Positions 40,955 to 51,875 are shown, counted from the first letter of the stretch. The stretch: DNA of 64,000 bases from Gammaproteobacteria bacterium (GCA_963662545.2 CAXXLL010000003.1:1856001-1920000); one strand, 5' to 3'. Numbers and translations: made by a program. Notes: generated from the letters alone by a model not told the origin.

Positions 40955-41796
40955 GGCCAGACGCCGGAACTCACGCGTTCGCGGCCGGCGAGATCCCGAC
41001 GCGTCGAGATGGTGTTGAATCCACGGAGGCGGAGTAATTCACGCACGCTGTCACCCTGCCGCTCACCATGCTCCAGGAGCAGCCGGCCGCCCGCGGTCAA
41101 ACAGCGTGGCGCATGTTCGATAATCACTACGAGTGCCGACAGCCCGTCCGCTCCGGCATAGAGCGCTTCGGCCGGCTCAAAGCCGAGTGCCGGATCGGTT
41201 TTGCCGCGCTCACTATCGGCCACATAGGGCGGATTGGTCAGGATCGCGTCAAACGCGCGATTAGCGAACGGTCGGAGCCAGTCCGCGGCCACCACGCGGG
41301 TGTTGCGGGCCTTGAGCCGAGTGAGGTTGGCGCGCGCAAGTTCGAGTGCCGGTAAGAACCGATCGGTCGCCGTCACGAAAAATGCGGGTCTCGCCCGGGC
41401 GATCGCCACAGCGATCGCGCCGCTTCCCGTACCGAGATCGGCAACGTGCAGGGCCGGCCCCGGGCGACACAGCTCGAGCGCCACTTCGACGAGCAATTCG
41501 GTCTCCGGGCGCGGCACGAGCACCGCATCGTTGATCGTGAGATCGAGTGAAAAAAACTCGGTGCGACCGGTCAGATAAGGGACTGGTTTTCCGCAGCTGC
41601 GTTCTCGGAGAAGCGTTCGAAATTTTTCGCAGGTGTCGGCGTCGAGTACGCGTTCGGGGTCGGTGTACAGATGAGTGCGCGGGACGGCGAGGCTCATGGC
41701 CAGTAACAGTTCGGCGTCCAGCCGCGGGCTCGAGCTTACACCGAGTTGGCCGACCGCTCGGCGTAAAGCCTCGGCAACAGTGATCGGCGGCGACAT
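40951..41796 (-). CDS. prmC: Release factor glutamine methyltransferase PrmC/HemK
   Basis: 'LVPRPETE', 'DLGTGSGAIA', NPPY. Confidence 0.95.
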   Translation of the reverse strand: MSPPITVAEALRRAVGQLGVSSSPRLDAELLLAMSLAVPRTHLYTDPERVLDADTCEKFRTLLRERSCGKPVPYLTGRTEFFSLDLTINDAVLVPRPETELLVEVALELCRPGPALHVADLGTGSGAIAVAIARARPAFFVTATDRFLPALELARANLTRLKARNTRVVAADWLRPFANRAFDAILTNPPYVADSERGKTDPALGFEPAEALYAGADGLSALVVIIEHAPRCLTAGGRLLLEHGERQGDSVRELLRLRGFNTISTRRDLAGRERVSSGVWP

Positions 41797-41800
41797 AGGT

Positions 41801-42886
41801 TCACGTCTCCGCAAGTTGTGCCATCAGATCGGCCTGGTACTCTACGACCAGGGGGTCAATGACGTGGTCGAGTTGTCCTTGCAGGATCTCATCAAGTTTG
41901 TACACGGTCAGGTTGATGCGGTGATCCGTCACCCGCCCCTGGGGGAAATTGTAGGTGCGAATCCGCTCAGAACGGTCGCCGCTCCCGATGAGATCGCGCC
42001 GAGTTTTCGCCTGTTCCTGGATCTGTTGGTCGCGTTCTGCCTTCAGCAGTTTCGCTTTGAGGAGGCTCATCGCCCGGGCACGATTCTTGTGCTGCGATCG
42101 TTCGTCCTGGCATTCGACGACGACCCCGGTTAGCAGGTGAGTGATCCGGATCGCGGAGTCGGTTTTGTTGACGTGCTGGCCACCGGCCCCCGAGGCGCGA
42201 AACGTGTCGATGCGCAGATCGCTTGGGTTGATTTCGATCTCGCTGACTTCGTCGACTTCCGGCATGACCGCGACGGTGCAAGCCGAAGTATGGATGCGAC
42301 CCTGTGATTCGGTTTCGGGAACACGCTGTACGCGGTGGGCGCCCGATTCGAATTTAAGCCTTGCATAGGCGCCCTTTCCCGACACCTTGGCGATGATCTC
42401 CTTGTGGCCGCCGATCTCAGCATCACGGGAACTCATGATTTCGATCGACCAGCCACGTGCTTCGGCATAGCGGAGGTACATGCGCATCAGTGTTCCGGCG
42501 AACAAGGCGGCTTCGTCGCCGCCCGTCCCGGCCCGTATTTCGAGAAAGATATTCGCCTCGTCATCGGGATCTTTAGGTATCAGGAGTTTCTGCAGCTCGA
42601 AATCGAGAGCATTGAGCTCGTTTCGCAGCGCCGTTACTTCCTCGCTGGCAAGGGCTCGAAGCTCCGGATCGTCTTCGGCCATCAATTCCTCGGCGCTTTC
42701 GATGGCTTTCTCGGTTTCCTGATAGCGCCAGAAGCAGTCCACTAGCGGGCGGATCTCCGCGTATTCTTTCGTCAGCGTGCGAAATCGGTTCTGGTCCGCT
42801 ATGACGTCCGGCGCGGCGAGCATGGCGTCCAGTTCGCGGCGCCGTTCAACGAGGTTTTCCAGCTTGCCGAGCAGCGAGGCTTTCAC
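41801..42886 (-). CDS. prfA: Peptide chain release factor 1
   Basis: GGQ motif (GAGGQHVN), 'RVPETE' PxT specificity loop. Confidence 0.97.
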   Translation of the reverse strand: MKASLLGKLENLVERRRELDAMLAAPDVIADQNRFRTLTKEYAEIRPLVDCFWRYQETEKAIESAEELMAEDDPELRALASEEVTALRNELNALDFELQKLLIPKDPDDEANIFLEIRAGTGGDEAALFAGTLMRMYLRYAEARGWSIEIMSSRDAEIGGHKEIIAKVSGKGAYARLKFESGAHRVQRVPETESQGRIHTSACTVAVMPEVDEVSEIEINPSDLRIDTFRASGAGGQHVNKTDSAIRITHLLTGVVVECQDERSQHKNRARAMSLLKAKLLKAERDQQIQEQAKTRRDLIGSGDRSERIRTYNFPQGRVTDHRINLTVYKLDEILQGQLDHVIDPLVVEYQADLMAQLAET

Positions 42887-44133
42887 GACTTGCCCAGGTC
42901 GAGCAGTTCCCGTGCAACGCGAAGAAAATCCTCGCGATTGCCGGCGCGGCGCAGACTCATCGTCGACCGGTGCAGTAGCTTGTTGGTCAAGCTGTGCGCC
43001 AGCATCTGCGCGACTTCTCCGGGATCATCCCCAAGCGCAATTCGCTTAAGGGCTTTATCAAGGACTTCATTCCTGATCGATTCGGCGCGTGCGCGAAACG
43101 CGGCGATCGTGGCACTGCCGCTTTGGGCTTCCAACCAGTCCATGTAATCCTCAACCTGGATGTGCACCATCTCCTCGGCCTGTGCTGCTGCTTCCTTGCG
43201 GAGGTTCAGATTTGCGCCGACGACACCTTCCATATCATCGACCGTGTAAAGGTAAACGCCATCGAGATCACCTACGGAAGATTCGACATCACGCGGAACG
43301 GCGAGGTCGACGATGAACATGGGATCGAAACCGCGCTTTGCCATGGCCACGTCCACGATGCCTCGCGTTATGATCGGAAGACGGCTGGCGGTCGAGGAGA
43401 CCACGATATCGACGTCGGTGATGCGCATTGGAAGTTGATTCAAATCGATGACTTCGCCACCGTAACGCGCCGCGAGCGCTGCTGAATTTTCCCGCGTCCG
43501 GTTAGCAATGACGAGGTGCCCGATATTGGCGCTCGCCAAATGGTTGGCGACCAGGGTGATGGTGTCGCCGGCTCCGATCAGCAGGGCCGAGCGCTGTGCC
43601 AGAGCGCCGTGGATCTGCTGCGCCAGTTTGACCGCGGCATACGCGACCGACACCGGTGTGTTGCCGATATCGGTTTCCGCGCGAACCATCTTGGCGGTGG
43701 AGAAGGAGAACTGCAGAAGACGGTTGAGTAGCCTGCCGACGGTTCCGGCGTCGACGGCGAGACGGTAAGCTTCCTTTAGTTGCCCGAGGATCTGCGGCTC
43801 TCCCAGCACCAGAGAATCGAGTCCGCAGGCCACTCGCAACACGTGACGCACGGCATGTTCGTCATTCAGCCGATAAAGGTGCGGTTCGATCTCGCTCGGC
43901 CCGAGATTCCGGTAATCCGAGAGCCAGGTCACGGGCTCGGTCGCCCCCTTCATATCCAGGTCGCAATAAATTTCGGTACGATTACAGGTTGACAAAATCA
44001 TCGATTCGGCGATCCCATTCTGGGCATTGAGGGCGCCCAGCGCCGAGCGCAGTTGTTCGCTGTCGAAAGCGACTTTTTCACGCACTGCGACCGGCGCGGT
44101 CTTGTGACTGAGTCCTAGAATGAATAAGGCCAT
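42883..44133 (-). CDS. hemA: Glutamyl-tRNA reductase
   Basis: '[10 protein letters not shown]', 'STCNRTE', '[15 protein letters not shown]', 'DLAVPRD'. Confidence 0.96.
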   Translation of the reverse strand: MALFILGLSHKTAPVAVREKVAFDSEQLRSALGALNAQNGIAESMILSTCNRTEIYCDLDMKGATEPVTWLSDYRNLGPSEIEPHLYRLNDEHAVRHVLRVACGLDSLVLGEPQILGQLKEAYRLAVDAGTVGRLLNRLLQFSFSTAKMVRAETDIGNTPVSVAYAAVKLAQQIHGALAQRSALLIGAGDTITLVANHLASANIGHLVIANRTRENSAALAARYGGEVIDLNQLPMRITDVDIVVSSTASRLPIITRGIVDVAMAKRGFDPMFIVDLAVPRDVESSVGDLDGVYLYTVDDMEGVVGANLNLRKEAAAQAEEMVHIQVEDYMDWLEAQSGSATIAAFRARAESIRNEVLDKALKRIALGDDPGEVAQMLAHSLTNKLLHRSTMSLRRAGNREDFLRVARELLDLGKS

Positions 44134-44347
44134 TGCGATACTGGATTCAAGGATCCGGCACTATGGCCCGACACGGGGTGTGGACGCGGAGGGACGGATG
44201 TCGACGGAATTGAACAAAATGTAAGGTCATGCCAACTGGGTTATAGTTTAAACCACACGGACGGCGACACTCGATGACATCGTCGATTCCGGGCCTGCGG
44301 ATGTTCGTGACGAGAGAATACGGCTCTTAGCCTTGAACCTGCGACGA

Positions 44348-46084
44348 ATGATCGAGAAAGTACATGCTGGCAGCGCGACGCTGGCCGTTATCGCGTTGAT
44401 CCTCGCGGGCTGCGCAACGCCGCCGCGTCCGATCGTAGGTGCCATACCCGTACCGCCACCGCCGCCCGCCGTATCCCAAACGGCCCCCGAACCGGATTTC
44501 GAATTCGCCGACGATCCCTTTTATCGTCTGCTGATCGCGGAATTCGCGGGGCAGCGCGGACACATGGATGTCGCAATCGAGCATTACCTGGCGCTGGCCG
44601 AATCCTTGCGCGACGCGGCGCTTGCTGAAAGGGCTACCCGGATCGCGGTATTCGCCCGCGACAATGATGCGGCTTTAAGCGCGGCCAAGCTCTGGGTCGA
44701 ACTCGATCCCGAGGACATGGAAGCACGCCAGATAGTCGCCGCGATGTTCATCCGGCACGGCGATGCCGCTGCGGCCCTACATCACCTGGAATACGTGCTG
44801 TCCAAGGAGAGCGACCATCCCGGTAATCGCCTGCGCATGATCGCGAATCTGATCGGGCCGGAGGAAGACCGAGCGACTGCACTCGATGTCATGGAGCAGT
44901 TGATGGAAAAGGTCGGCGACGACACCGACGCGCTCCTCACCTACGCGCTGCTCGCCATCAGGGCCGAGCAGCTGGACCGTGCACGTGACGCGATGAACCG
45001 GATCGTCGAGCGCACCGAATTGAGCTCAAACGTCGCGATGGCCTACCTGGCCGTGCTGCAAAAACAAGACAAGTTAGCGGAGGCGGTTGGCTGGCTGGAA
45101 CACGTCTTGAGCATTAATCCAAAGCAGTTCGGCCTGCGACTCATCTTCGCGCGCCTGCTCGCGGATGCAAACCGCTACGAGGAGGCGCGCGTTCAGTTCA
45201 TTCTGTTGTCGGAGGAATCACCGGACAATACCGACATCATTTTGGCCCTCGGGCTTTTGAACCTGCAAGCGTCGCGCGCCGACGATGCGACGGCGAATTT
45301 CGCGCAATTGTTGGAATTGGAAACTCGCGAGGACGAGGCACATTTCTACCTCGCGCAGATTGCCGAATCCCGTGATCGGCACGAAGAGGCCATCGAACAC
45401 TACCGGGCGGTTGAAAATGGTGCCAATTTCTTCACTGCGCAGCTGCGCTTGGCGTTGGTCATGTCGTCGACCGGGGCGATCGACGAGGCGCTCGAATATC
45501 TGAGCAACGTCATCGTCGAAAATGATGAGCAGGGATTTCATCTGGTGCGGGCACATGGCGAAATGCTGACGGAATACGACCGCTTGGACGAGGCCATGGA
45601 GGTCTACGACGCGGCGCTGGACGACGGCGCTTACAACACGGAACTGGTGTATACGCGCGCGATGCTGGCCGAGAAAATGGGGCGGATCGATGTGCTCGAA
45701 AGCAATCTTAGAAGGATCATCGCAGAAGAACCGGATAACGCCCAGGCGCTCAATGCCCTGGGTTATACGCTCGCCGATCGCACCGAGCGTTACGATGAAG
45801 CGCTCGAACTGATCACCCAGGCACTCGAACTCGACCCCGAGGATTTCTACATCCTCGACAGCATGGGATGGGTTCTTTACCGTCTCGGTCACCTCGAGGA
45901 AGCGGTTGAGTTTCTCGAGAAAGCGCGGGACCTACGCAGTGATCCAGAGGTAGCAGCCCATCTCGGCGAGGTGCTCTGGGTGATGGGCGATCGCGATGGG
46001 GCGCGCGACGTCTGGGATAGCGCGCTCAGGGATACCCCGAACGACAAAAAACTGTTGGACGTGATCGAACGCCTGACGCCGTGA
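44348..46084 (+). CDS. TPR-repeat lipoprotein (conserved hemA-divergent, upstream of lolB)
   Basis: Lipobox ILAGC; TPRs 'ALNALGYTLADR', 'ILDSMGWV', 'EVAAHLGEVLW'. Confidence 0.88.
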   Translation: MIEKVHAGSATLAVIALILAGCATPPRPIVGAIPVPPPPPAVSQTAPEPDFEFADDPFYRLLIAEFAGQRGHMDVAIEHYLALAESLRDAALAERATRIAVFARDNDAALSAAKLWVELDPEDMEARQIVAAMFIRHGDAAAALHHLEYVLSKESDHPGNRLRMIANLIGPEEDRATALDVMEQLMEKVGDDTDALLTYALLAIRAEQLDRARDAMNRIVERTELSSNVAMAYLAVLQKQDKLAEAVGWLEHVLSINPKQFGLRLIFARLLADANRYEEARVQFILLSEESPDNTDIILALGLLNLQASRADDATANFAQLLELETREDEAHFYLAQIAESRDRHEEAIEHYRAVENGANFFTAQLRLALVMSSTGAIDEALEYLSNVIVENDEQGFHLVRAHGEMLTEYDRLDEAMEVYDAALDDGAYNTELVYTRAMLAEKMGRIDVLESNLRRIIAEEPDNAQALNALGYTLADRTERYDEALELITQALELDPEDFYILDSMGWVLYRLGHLEEAVEFLEKARDLRSDPEVAAHLGEVLWVMGDRDGARDVWDSALRDTPNDKKLLDVIERLTP

Positions 46085-46686
46085 GACGGATTCTCGCTGT
46101 CGGCTTGATGGCGTCACTGGGGGCTTGCGCGAATCTTGTCCCACGGCCGATCGATCCCGTTCGAATGCCGGCTCCTATCTCCCCGCAGCAGCACGCCGAG
46201 GAGGTGGGCGCTTTTGATAAATGGCGCGTCGCAGGACGCATTGCGGTGCAACGCGCAGACCTTGGTTTTTCGGCCGACATCGATTGGCGGCAATCCGGTC
46301 GCGATTTCGATTTGCGAGTCATGACGCCACTGAATGGCGGAACCTTTCGGCTGAACGGCGGAGCGCGTAAGGTCGAATTAATCACGCCTAAAGGCGAGTC
46401 TTTCAGTGGCGTTCGGCCCGAGGATCTGATGCAGGATCACCTCGGTTGGTCTATTCCGCTGGACGGCACGCGCTACTGGATCCGCGGCATTCCCGACCCG
46501 ACGGCGGCAAGCTCCCAAGAGATCATCGACGAGCAGGGCCGATGGACTGATTTCGAGCAGGATCGCTGGCGTGTCAGCATTCTCGATTATGTGGCAGTCG
46601 ACGGCATCGATCTGCCGCGACGCTTGTACTTGACTCGCGACGACTTCAAGATCCGGATCGTCGTCAAACAATGGGAGCGCCGTTGA
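46081..46686 (+). CDS. lolB: Outer-membrane lipoprotein insertion protein LolB
   Basis: Lipobox LGAC; 'W...GRIAV', 'LGWSIP....YWIRGIP', 'LPRRL'; synteny. Confidence 0.9.
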   Translation: MRRILAVGLMASLGACANLVPRPIDPVRMPAPISPQQHAEEVGAFDKWRVAGRIAVQRADLGFSADIDWRQSGRDFDLRVMTPLNGGTFRLNGGARKVELITPKGESFSGVRPEDLMQDHLGWSIPLDGTRYWIRGIPDPTAASSQEIIDEQGRWTDFEQDRWRVSILDYVAVDGIDLPRRLYLTRDDFKIRIVVKQWERR

Positions 46687-46689
46687 GCC

Positions 46690-47541
46690 ATGACTGGCGT
46701 GATCTGGCCAGCGCCCGCCAAGGTCAACCTGTTTTTGCACGTCACTGGTCGGCGCGCCGACGGTTACCATCTGCTGCAAACTCTATTTCAATTCCTGGAG
46801 ATCGGCGACGAGATCGAAATCGAGGTACGCACCGACGGCGCAGTCAAGCTCGGTACTGATGTAGACGGCGTAGCGGCCCATGACAACCTCGTCGTGAAAG
46901 CGGCGAAGCGGCTGAAACAGGAGTGCGGCACGAGCCTCGGCGCTGATATTTCGGTCCGCAAGCATCTGCCGATGGGCGGCGGGCTCGGCGGCGGCAGCTC
47001 CGATGCGGCGACGGTGCTGGTCGCGCTGAACGAACTCTGGTCGCTTGGAATCACGACCGCGAGGCTTGCTAAAATCGGCCTTACGCTCGGCGCGGACGTG
47101 CCGGTCTTCATCCATGGCCGGGCCGCCTGGGCGGAGGGCATCGGCGAAGTCCTGGAACCCGTGGAGATCGAACAGACGCCGATCGTCGTGATCACCCCGG
47201 CATGCCAAGTCGAGACGGCGCGGGTCTTCAGCGATCCTGATTTGACACGGAATACGGCGCCAATCAAAATGCACGCCCTTTCGCTATCGGGTGCGGGGAA
47301 TGACTGCGAGCCGGTGACACGCCGCCTCTACCCCGAGGTCGGCGAAGCACTCGACTGGCTGTCGCGGTTTGCGCCCGCAAGAATGAGCGGCACGGGCGCG
47401 AGCGTATTTGCGTTATTCGACGACGTTGACGAGGCTACGCGGGTTGCACGACGGGTGCCCGAATCCTGGACCTGCTTCGCCACGAAGCGCATCAACCGTT
47501 CGCCCCTGCTGGATCTCGTCACCGCGAGGCCCACCGCTTGA
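46690..47541 (+). CDS. ispE: 4-diphosphocytidyl-2-C-methyl-D-erythritol kinase
   Basis: 'PAPAKVNLFLH', 'PMGGGLGGGSSDAA', 'MSGTGA'. Confidence 0.96.
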   Translation: MTGVIWPAPAKVNLFLHVTGRRADGYHLLQTLFQFLEIGDEIEIEVRTDGAVKLGTDVDGVAAHDNLVVKAAKRLKQECGTSLGADISVRKHLPMGGGLGGGSSDAATVLVALNELWSLGITTARLAKIGLTLGADVPVFIHGRAAWAEGIGEVLEPVEIEQTPIVVITPACQVETARVFSDPDLTRNTAPIKMHALSLSGAGNDCEPVTRRLYPEVGEALDWLSRFAPARMSGTGASVFALFDDVDEATRVARRVPESWTCFATKRINRSPLLDLVTARPTA

Positions 47542-47633
47542 GGTGCGTGCGTGGGTGAATGAATCAGGCCGGTCTCGGCGCTGGATGCAGGGGTCGCGAG
47601 GATCCACCGCGCAGGTCGGAATTACGGGGATAT

Positions 47634-47708
47634 TGGGGTGTAGCCAAGTGGTAAGGCACGGGGTTTTGATCCCCGCATTCCCAGGTTCGAATCCTGGCAC
47701 CCCAGCCA
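47634..47708 (+). tRNA. tRNA-Gln(TTG)
   Basis: TGGGGTGTAGCCAAGTGGTAAGGCACGGGGTT-TTG-ATCCCCG...GGTTCGAATCCTGGCACCCCAGCCA; 75 nt; typical ispE-prs position. Confidence 0.97.
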
Positions 47709-47797
47709 TTGACGCGTAGCGGCGACGCGCGGTCCAATCCGGTCGACGCGACGCCCTCGCAAAAAACGCGGCCCTCAGAGCAGGAGCTTTTCGAGCA

Positions 47798-48751
47798 ATG
47801 ATTGAAGAATCGATGATGCTGTTTAGCGGTAATGCCAACCGCCCGTTGGCGCGGGCCGTGGCGCATCATCTTCAAGTGCCGCTCAGTAAAGCGATCGTCG
47901 GCCATTTTAGTGACGGGGAAATAAACGTCGAAATCGCAGAGAACGTGCGCGGACAGGATACCGTCGTGATCCAACCGACCTGCGCGCCGGCCAACGACCA
48001 CTTCATGGAGCTGCTCGTTCTCATCGACGCGCTTCGGCGAGCCTCAGCGCAAAGCATCACGGCCGTCGTGCCGTATCTCGGTTACGCACGCCAGGACCGT
48101 CGCCCGCGATCGGCTCGCGTACCGATCACCGCCAAGGTGATTGCAAACACCTTGACGAGCGTCGGGACGACCCGGGTATTAACCGTCGATTTACACTCGG
48201 AGCAAATCCAGGGATTCTTCGATATTCCGATGGACAACGTCTATGCCTCGCCGGTACTGCTCGGCGATATCTGGAAGCACGAATATGAGAATCTCGTGGT
48301 CGTGTCACCGGATGTCGGCGGCGTCGTACGGGCGCGTGCCATCGCGCGCCGGCTCGATGACGCGGATCTGGTCATCATCGATAAACGGCGTGCCCGGGCA
48401 AATGAATCCGAGGTCATGAACATTATCGGCGACGTGGCTGACCGCACCTGCGTCCTGATCGACGACATGGTTGATACGGCCGGAACACTTTGCCAGGCGG
48501 CACAGGCGCTGAAAGATGGCGGCGCCACGGCGGTGGTCGCCTACTGTACACACCCGATTCTGTCAGGCAAGGCGTTGGACAATCTGAACGCCTCGACGCT
48601 CGATGAACTGGTGGTCACTGATACGGTGCCGCTTTCCGAAGAAGCGGCGCGATGTGAGAAGATAAGGCAGCTGTCGGTCGCAGAACTGCTCGGCGAAAGC
48701 ATCAATCGCATCATTTCAGGACAATCCCTGAGTTCGATGTTCGTAGATTGA
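47798..48751 (+). CDS. prs: Ribose-phosphate pyrophosphokinase
   Basis: 'FSDGE', '[11 protein letters not shown]', '[11 protein letters not shown]', 'DDMVDTAGT'. Confidence 0.97.
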   Translation: MIEESMMLFSGNANRPLARAVAHHLQVPLSKAIVGHFSDGEINVEIAENVRGQDTVVIQPTCAPANDHFMELLVLIDALRRASAQSITAVVPYLGYARQDRRPRSARVPITAKVIANTLTSVGTTRVLTVDLHSEQIQGFFDIPMDNVYASPVLLGDIWKHEYENLVVVSPDVGGVVRARAIARRLDDADLVIIDKRRARANESEVMNIIGDVADRTCVLIDDMVDTAGTLCQAAQALKDGGATAVVAYCTHPILSGKALDNLNASTLDELVVTDTVPLSEEAARCEKIRQLSVAELLGESINRIISGQSLSSMFVD

Positions 48752-48796
48752 CGAAATTTGAAGAGATTAAGGCCGGGCGCAAAAATATCCGTACGT

Positions 48797-48830
48797 GCCC
48801 CGCGAAGTCTGGTCGCGGACTCGCCGGGGC
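48797..48830 (+). promoter_or_regulatory. Candidate L25 (rplY) leader hairpin
   Basis: GCCCCG...GTC-TGGTCGCG-GAC...CGGGGC stem-loop with a CTGGTCGC motif, recalled from gammaproteobacterial rplY leaders. Confidence 0.45.
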
Positions 48831-48831
48831 C

Positions 48832-48996
48832 TAGCAGCCTGTCGGACTTAGGGAATTGACTTGGGCGTTGGGATAGCGGTCTGAGAGGTGTCATGGTTTT
48901 CGTTGAATAGCCCCACTATTCGCCTCAAACCATGACACCTCTCAGACCGCTATCCCAGCCGCCTCGCTACGATTCCCTAAGTCCGACAGGCTGCTA
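48832..48996. mobile_element. 165-bp almost fully palindromic MITE-like element
   Basis: 25-bp perfect terminal IR TAGCAGCCTGTCGGACTTAGGGAAT; 31-bp perfect inner IR TGGGATAGCGGTCTGAGAGGTGTCATGGTTT; apical GAATAG/CTATTC. Confidence 0.8.
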
Positions 48997-49021
48997 AATC
49001 GAAACACAGGAGATCCGCACG

Positions 49022-49732
49022 ATGAACAATTTCGAAATCGTAGCCGAGACTCGTGACGTAAAAGGCAAGGGTGCGAGCCGCCGCCTTCGTCGCGACGGCA
49101 AAGTTCCCGCCATTCTTTACGGCGCCGGCAGTGAGCCGGTGGCCATTCAGATCGCGCACCAAGAGATGCTGCAGCAAACAAAAAACGAAGCATTCTACTC
49201 GACTATTCTCACCTTGAAGCTGAACGGTACGGCGGAGAAAGTGGTGATCAAAGATCTGCAGCGCCACGCCTATAAAGCAACGATCATGCACATGGATTTC
49301 CAGCGTGTGGACGAGGCCGCGGTTATCACGATGCGCGTGCCAATCCATTTCACCAATGAAGAGCACTGTGTCGGGGTGAGAACAGGTGGCGGCATTATTT
49401 CGCATGTGCTGACCGAATTGGAAATCACCTGTTTGCCGAAGGATCTGCCTGAATACATCGAGGTTGACGTCCAGGCCCTTGAATTGGGCGATGCGATACA
49501 CGTGAGCGACCTCGTGATGCCGGAAGGGGCCGCGATTACGGCCCTGCAGCACGGCGGCGACGGCAGCGGTCCGGTGGTGTCGGTGCAGATGCCGAAGCTG
49601 GTGATTGAGGATCTGGAAGAGGAAGCCGCAGAAGCAGAGGATCTGGAGGGCGTCGAGTTGGCCGAGGGCGAAGAAGCCCCGGCAGAAGACAGTGACGAGG
49701 CCGCACCGGACAAGACGAAGGAAGACCGATAA
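49022..49732 (+). CDS. rplY: 50S ribosomal protein L25/Ctc (long form)
   Basis: 'GKGASRRLRR.GKVPAILYG', 'HMDFQR', 'CLPKDLPEYIEVD', acidic tail. Confidence 0.96.
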   Translation: MNNFEIVAETRDVKGKGASRRLRRDGKVPAILYGAGSEPVAIQIAHQEMLQQTKNEAFYSTILTLKLNGTAEKVVIKDLQRHAYKATIMHMDFQRVDEAAVITMRVPIHFTNEEHCVGVRTGGGIISHVLTELEITCLPKDLPEYIEVDVQALELGDAIHVSDLVMPEGAAITALQHGGDGSGPVVSVQMPKLVIEDLEEEAAEAEDLEGVELAEGEEAPAEDSDEAAPDKTKEDR

Positions 49733-49753
49733 GACGCCGCTCTGCGCTTCGTT

Positions 49754-49805
49754 GGGGTCAGGTCTTTCATTGCCGCATACTTGCGGCAATGAAAGACCTG
49801 ACCCC
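49754..49805. repeat. Perfect REP-like palindrome between rplY and pth
   Basis: GGGGTCAGGTCTTTCATTGCCGCA-TACT-TGCGGCAATGAAAGACCTGACCCC, 24-bp stem. Confidence 0.85.
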
Positions 49806-49813
49806 TTAAAACA

Positions 49814-50404
49814 ATGACCGGAACACAAGCGGTTCAGCTCGTCGCGGGCCTTGGCAATCCCGGCGGTGAGCATGCCGGCGACCGTCACAATGCCGGATTC
49901 TGGTTGTTGGATTTGCTGGCGGAACGGTGGCGCGTCGAGTTGCGCCAGGAATCGCGGTTCACCGCGGAGCTCGGGCGGGCGATGGCGGGCCCGCGACTGC
50001 TCAAACCCCAGACTTACATGAACCTGAGCGGTGAAAGCGTGGCCGCCTGCGCCAGCTATTTCCGCATTCCGGCCGCGTCTATTCTGGTGGTACACGACGA
50101 GCTCGATCTGGATCCCGGCGCCGTACGCCTCAAACGCGGCGGCCACCACGGTGGTCACAACGGATTGCGCCATGTCGAAGCACTTCTAGGCACGAGTGAT
50201 TTTCTGAGGGTTCGCCTCGGCATCGGTCACCCGGGCACGAACGCAGACGTGAGTAATTATGTATTGCATGCGCCGACAGCCGCGGAGCGAACCGCAATAC
50301 GCGATGGGATCGAACTCGTTGTCGAGCGGTTCGAGGACATCATCAGCGGGAAGTTCGATCACGTCATGACGACTCTTAACCGGCGGCGTGACACGCCTCT
50401 TTAG
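49814..50404 (+). CDS. pth: Peptidyl-tRNA hydrolase
   Basis: 'GLGNPG', 'RHNAGF', 'KPQTYMNLSG', 'HDELD', 'GGHNGL'. Confidence 0.96.
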   Translation: MTGTQAVQLVAGLGNPGGEHAGDRHNAGFWLLDLLAERWRVELRQESRFTAELGRAMAGPRLLKPQTYMNLSGESVAACASYFRIPAASILVVHDELDLDPGAVRLKRGGHHGGHNGLRHVEALLGTSDFLRVRLGIGHPGTNADVSNYVLHAPTAAERTAIRDGIELVVERFEDIISGKFDHVMTTLNRRRDTPL

Positions 50405-50420
50405 CTATGGACGAAAAGTG

Positions 50421-51512
50421 ATGGGATTCAAGTGCGGCATCGTCGGGCTGCCCAATGTCGGCAAATCATCCCTGTTCAATGCGCTGACCAGCTCCGCTAT
50501 CGCGGCGGAAAATTATGCTTTCTGCACGATCGAACCCAACGTCGGCGTCGTCGCCGTGCCCGATCCTCGACTCCAGTGCATCGCCGACATCGCCTTGCCC
50601 CAACGGGTGGTCCCCTCGACGATGGAATTTGTTGATATTGCGGGCCTCGTCGAAGGCGCATCCTTGGGCGAAGGGCTCGGTAACAGGTTTCTGGCGCACA
50701 TCCGGGAGACCCAGGCTCTTGCGCACGTGGTCCGTTGTTTCGACGACGATAAGGTCGCCCACGTATCCGGCCGCATCGATCCGATTGGCGATATAGAGGT
50801 GGTCGAAATGGAGCTGGCGCTCGCCGATCTCGAAACGGTCACACGTGGCCTGGAAAATGCGGAGAAACAGGCGAAATCCGGGGATAAGAACGCGTGTGAA
50901 CGGGTCGAGTGCTTGACCGAGTTGCTGAGCGGGCTCGATGCAGGCGTCGCGGTAAGAGCGATGCCGCTAAAGGACGCCACGCGCTCGCTGCTGCGCCAGT
51001 TCAGCTTGTTGACGGCCAGGCCCGTCCTGTTCGTGGCGAACGTCGACGAATCGAACATCGGCGGCAATGCGCTGTCCGCAACGGTCGAAGAATACGCCGC
51101 TGAACACGGGGCCGAAACAGTCATTCTGAACGCCGCGGTCGAAGCCGAAATCGCGGCGCTTGACCCGGATGAGCGCGCGGAATTTCTGATCGAACTCGGG
51201 CTCGAGGAACCGGGACTCAATCGTATTATCCGTGCCGGCTACCGCCTACTCGGTTTGCAAAGTTTTTTCACTGCTACCGACAAGGAATGCCGTGCGTGGA
51301 CCGTCCGCACCGGCGCGCGAGCGCCCGCCGCGGCCGCGGTCATCCATACGGATTTCGAACGCGGCTTCATCCGCGCGGAAGTGATCGGCTACGAGGACTT
51401 TGTCACCCTCGGCGGCGAGGCCGGCGCACGCGATGCCGGCCGACTGCGTGTCGAAGGTAGGGATTACGTCGTCGAAGATGGCGACGTCATTTATTTTCGG
51501 TTTAACGTATAA
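50421..51512 (+). CDS. ychF: Redox-regulated ATPase YchF
   Basis: 'GIVGLPNVGKS', 'DIAGLV', 'IHTDFERGFIRAE', terminal 'FRFNV'. Confidence 0.96.
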   Translation: MGFKCGIVGLPNVGKSSLFNALTSSAIAAENYAFCTIEPNVGVVAVPDPRLQCIADIALPQRVVPSTMEFVDIAGLVEGASLGEGLGNRFLAHIRETQALAHVVRCFDDDKVAHVSGRIDPIGDIEVVEMELALADLETVTRGLENAEKQAKSGDKNACERVECLTELLSGLDAGVAVRAMPLKDATRSLLRQFSLLTARPVLFVANVDESNIGGNALSATVEEYAAEHGAETVILNAAVEAEIAALDPDERAEFLIELGLEEPGLNRIIRAGYRLLGLQSFFTATDKECRAWTVRTGARAPAAAAVIHTDFERGFIRAEVIGYEDFVTLGGEAGARDAGRLRVEGRDYVVEDGDVIYFRFNV

Positions 51513-51584
51513 AAGGGGCCGGAATCAATTATTTTAGTGCGCTGCTTGACAGACCACCAAAATAATTGACTCCGACCCCTTTTT
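51511..51584. repeat. REP-like inverted repeat / bidirectional terminator between ychF and 6S RNA
   Basis: AAAAGGGGCCGGAATCAATTATTTT ... AAAATAATTGACTCCGACCCCTTTT (23/25 complementary). Confidence 0.75.
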
Positions 51585-51596
51585 TCAAGAATTAGG

Positions 51597-51785
51597 GGTG
51601 TTCTCCACCATGCCGCGGGTAACCGTAATCTTGAACCAAGGGTTCAAGAGTGGAACGTCTCGAGGCGAATCAGGCTTTCCACTGTAGTGCGGACCTGCGC
51701 AACATCGCCGGCTGATCGGTTCCATTGGTTTTCTAAATAGGCTCAAAGATTTTAGGGTCAACCCACGCACAAGCCAGAGAACACC
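51597..51785 (-). ncRNA. ssrS: 6S RNA
   Basis: ~189 nt, terminal stem GGTGTTCTC/GAGAACACC, conserved 'CTTGAACCCTTGGTTCAAG' and 'GAGCC' elements; directly downstream of zapA. Confidence 0.9.
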
Positions 51786-51875
51786 AAGTCTATATCGCTT
51801 AAATAGTAAATTTCTTTAGGGAACCTCGCTTTTAGCCCGGGTTTCAGGGTCCAGCCCGAGGAATCCTGACCCCGG

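Noticed and set aside
48977-50173. 398-aa minus-strand ORF
   Set aside because: Antisense shadow of rplY and pth; no motifs; common in high-GC DNA
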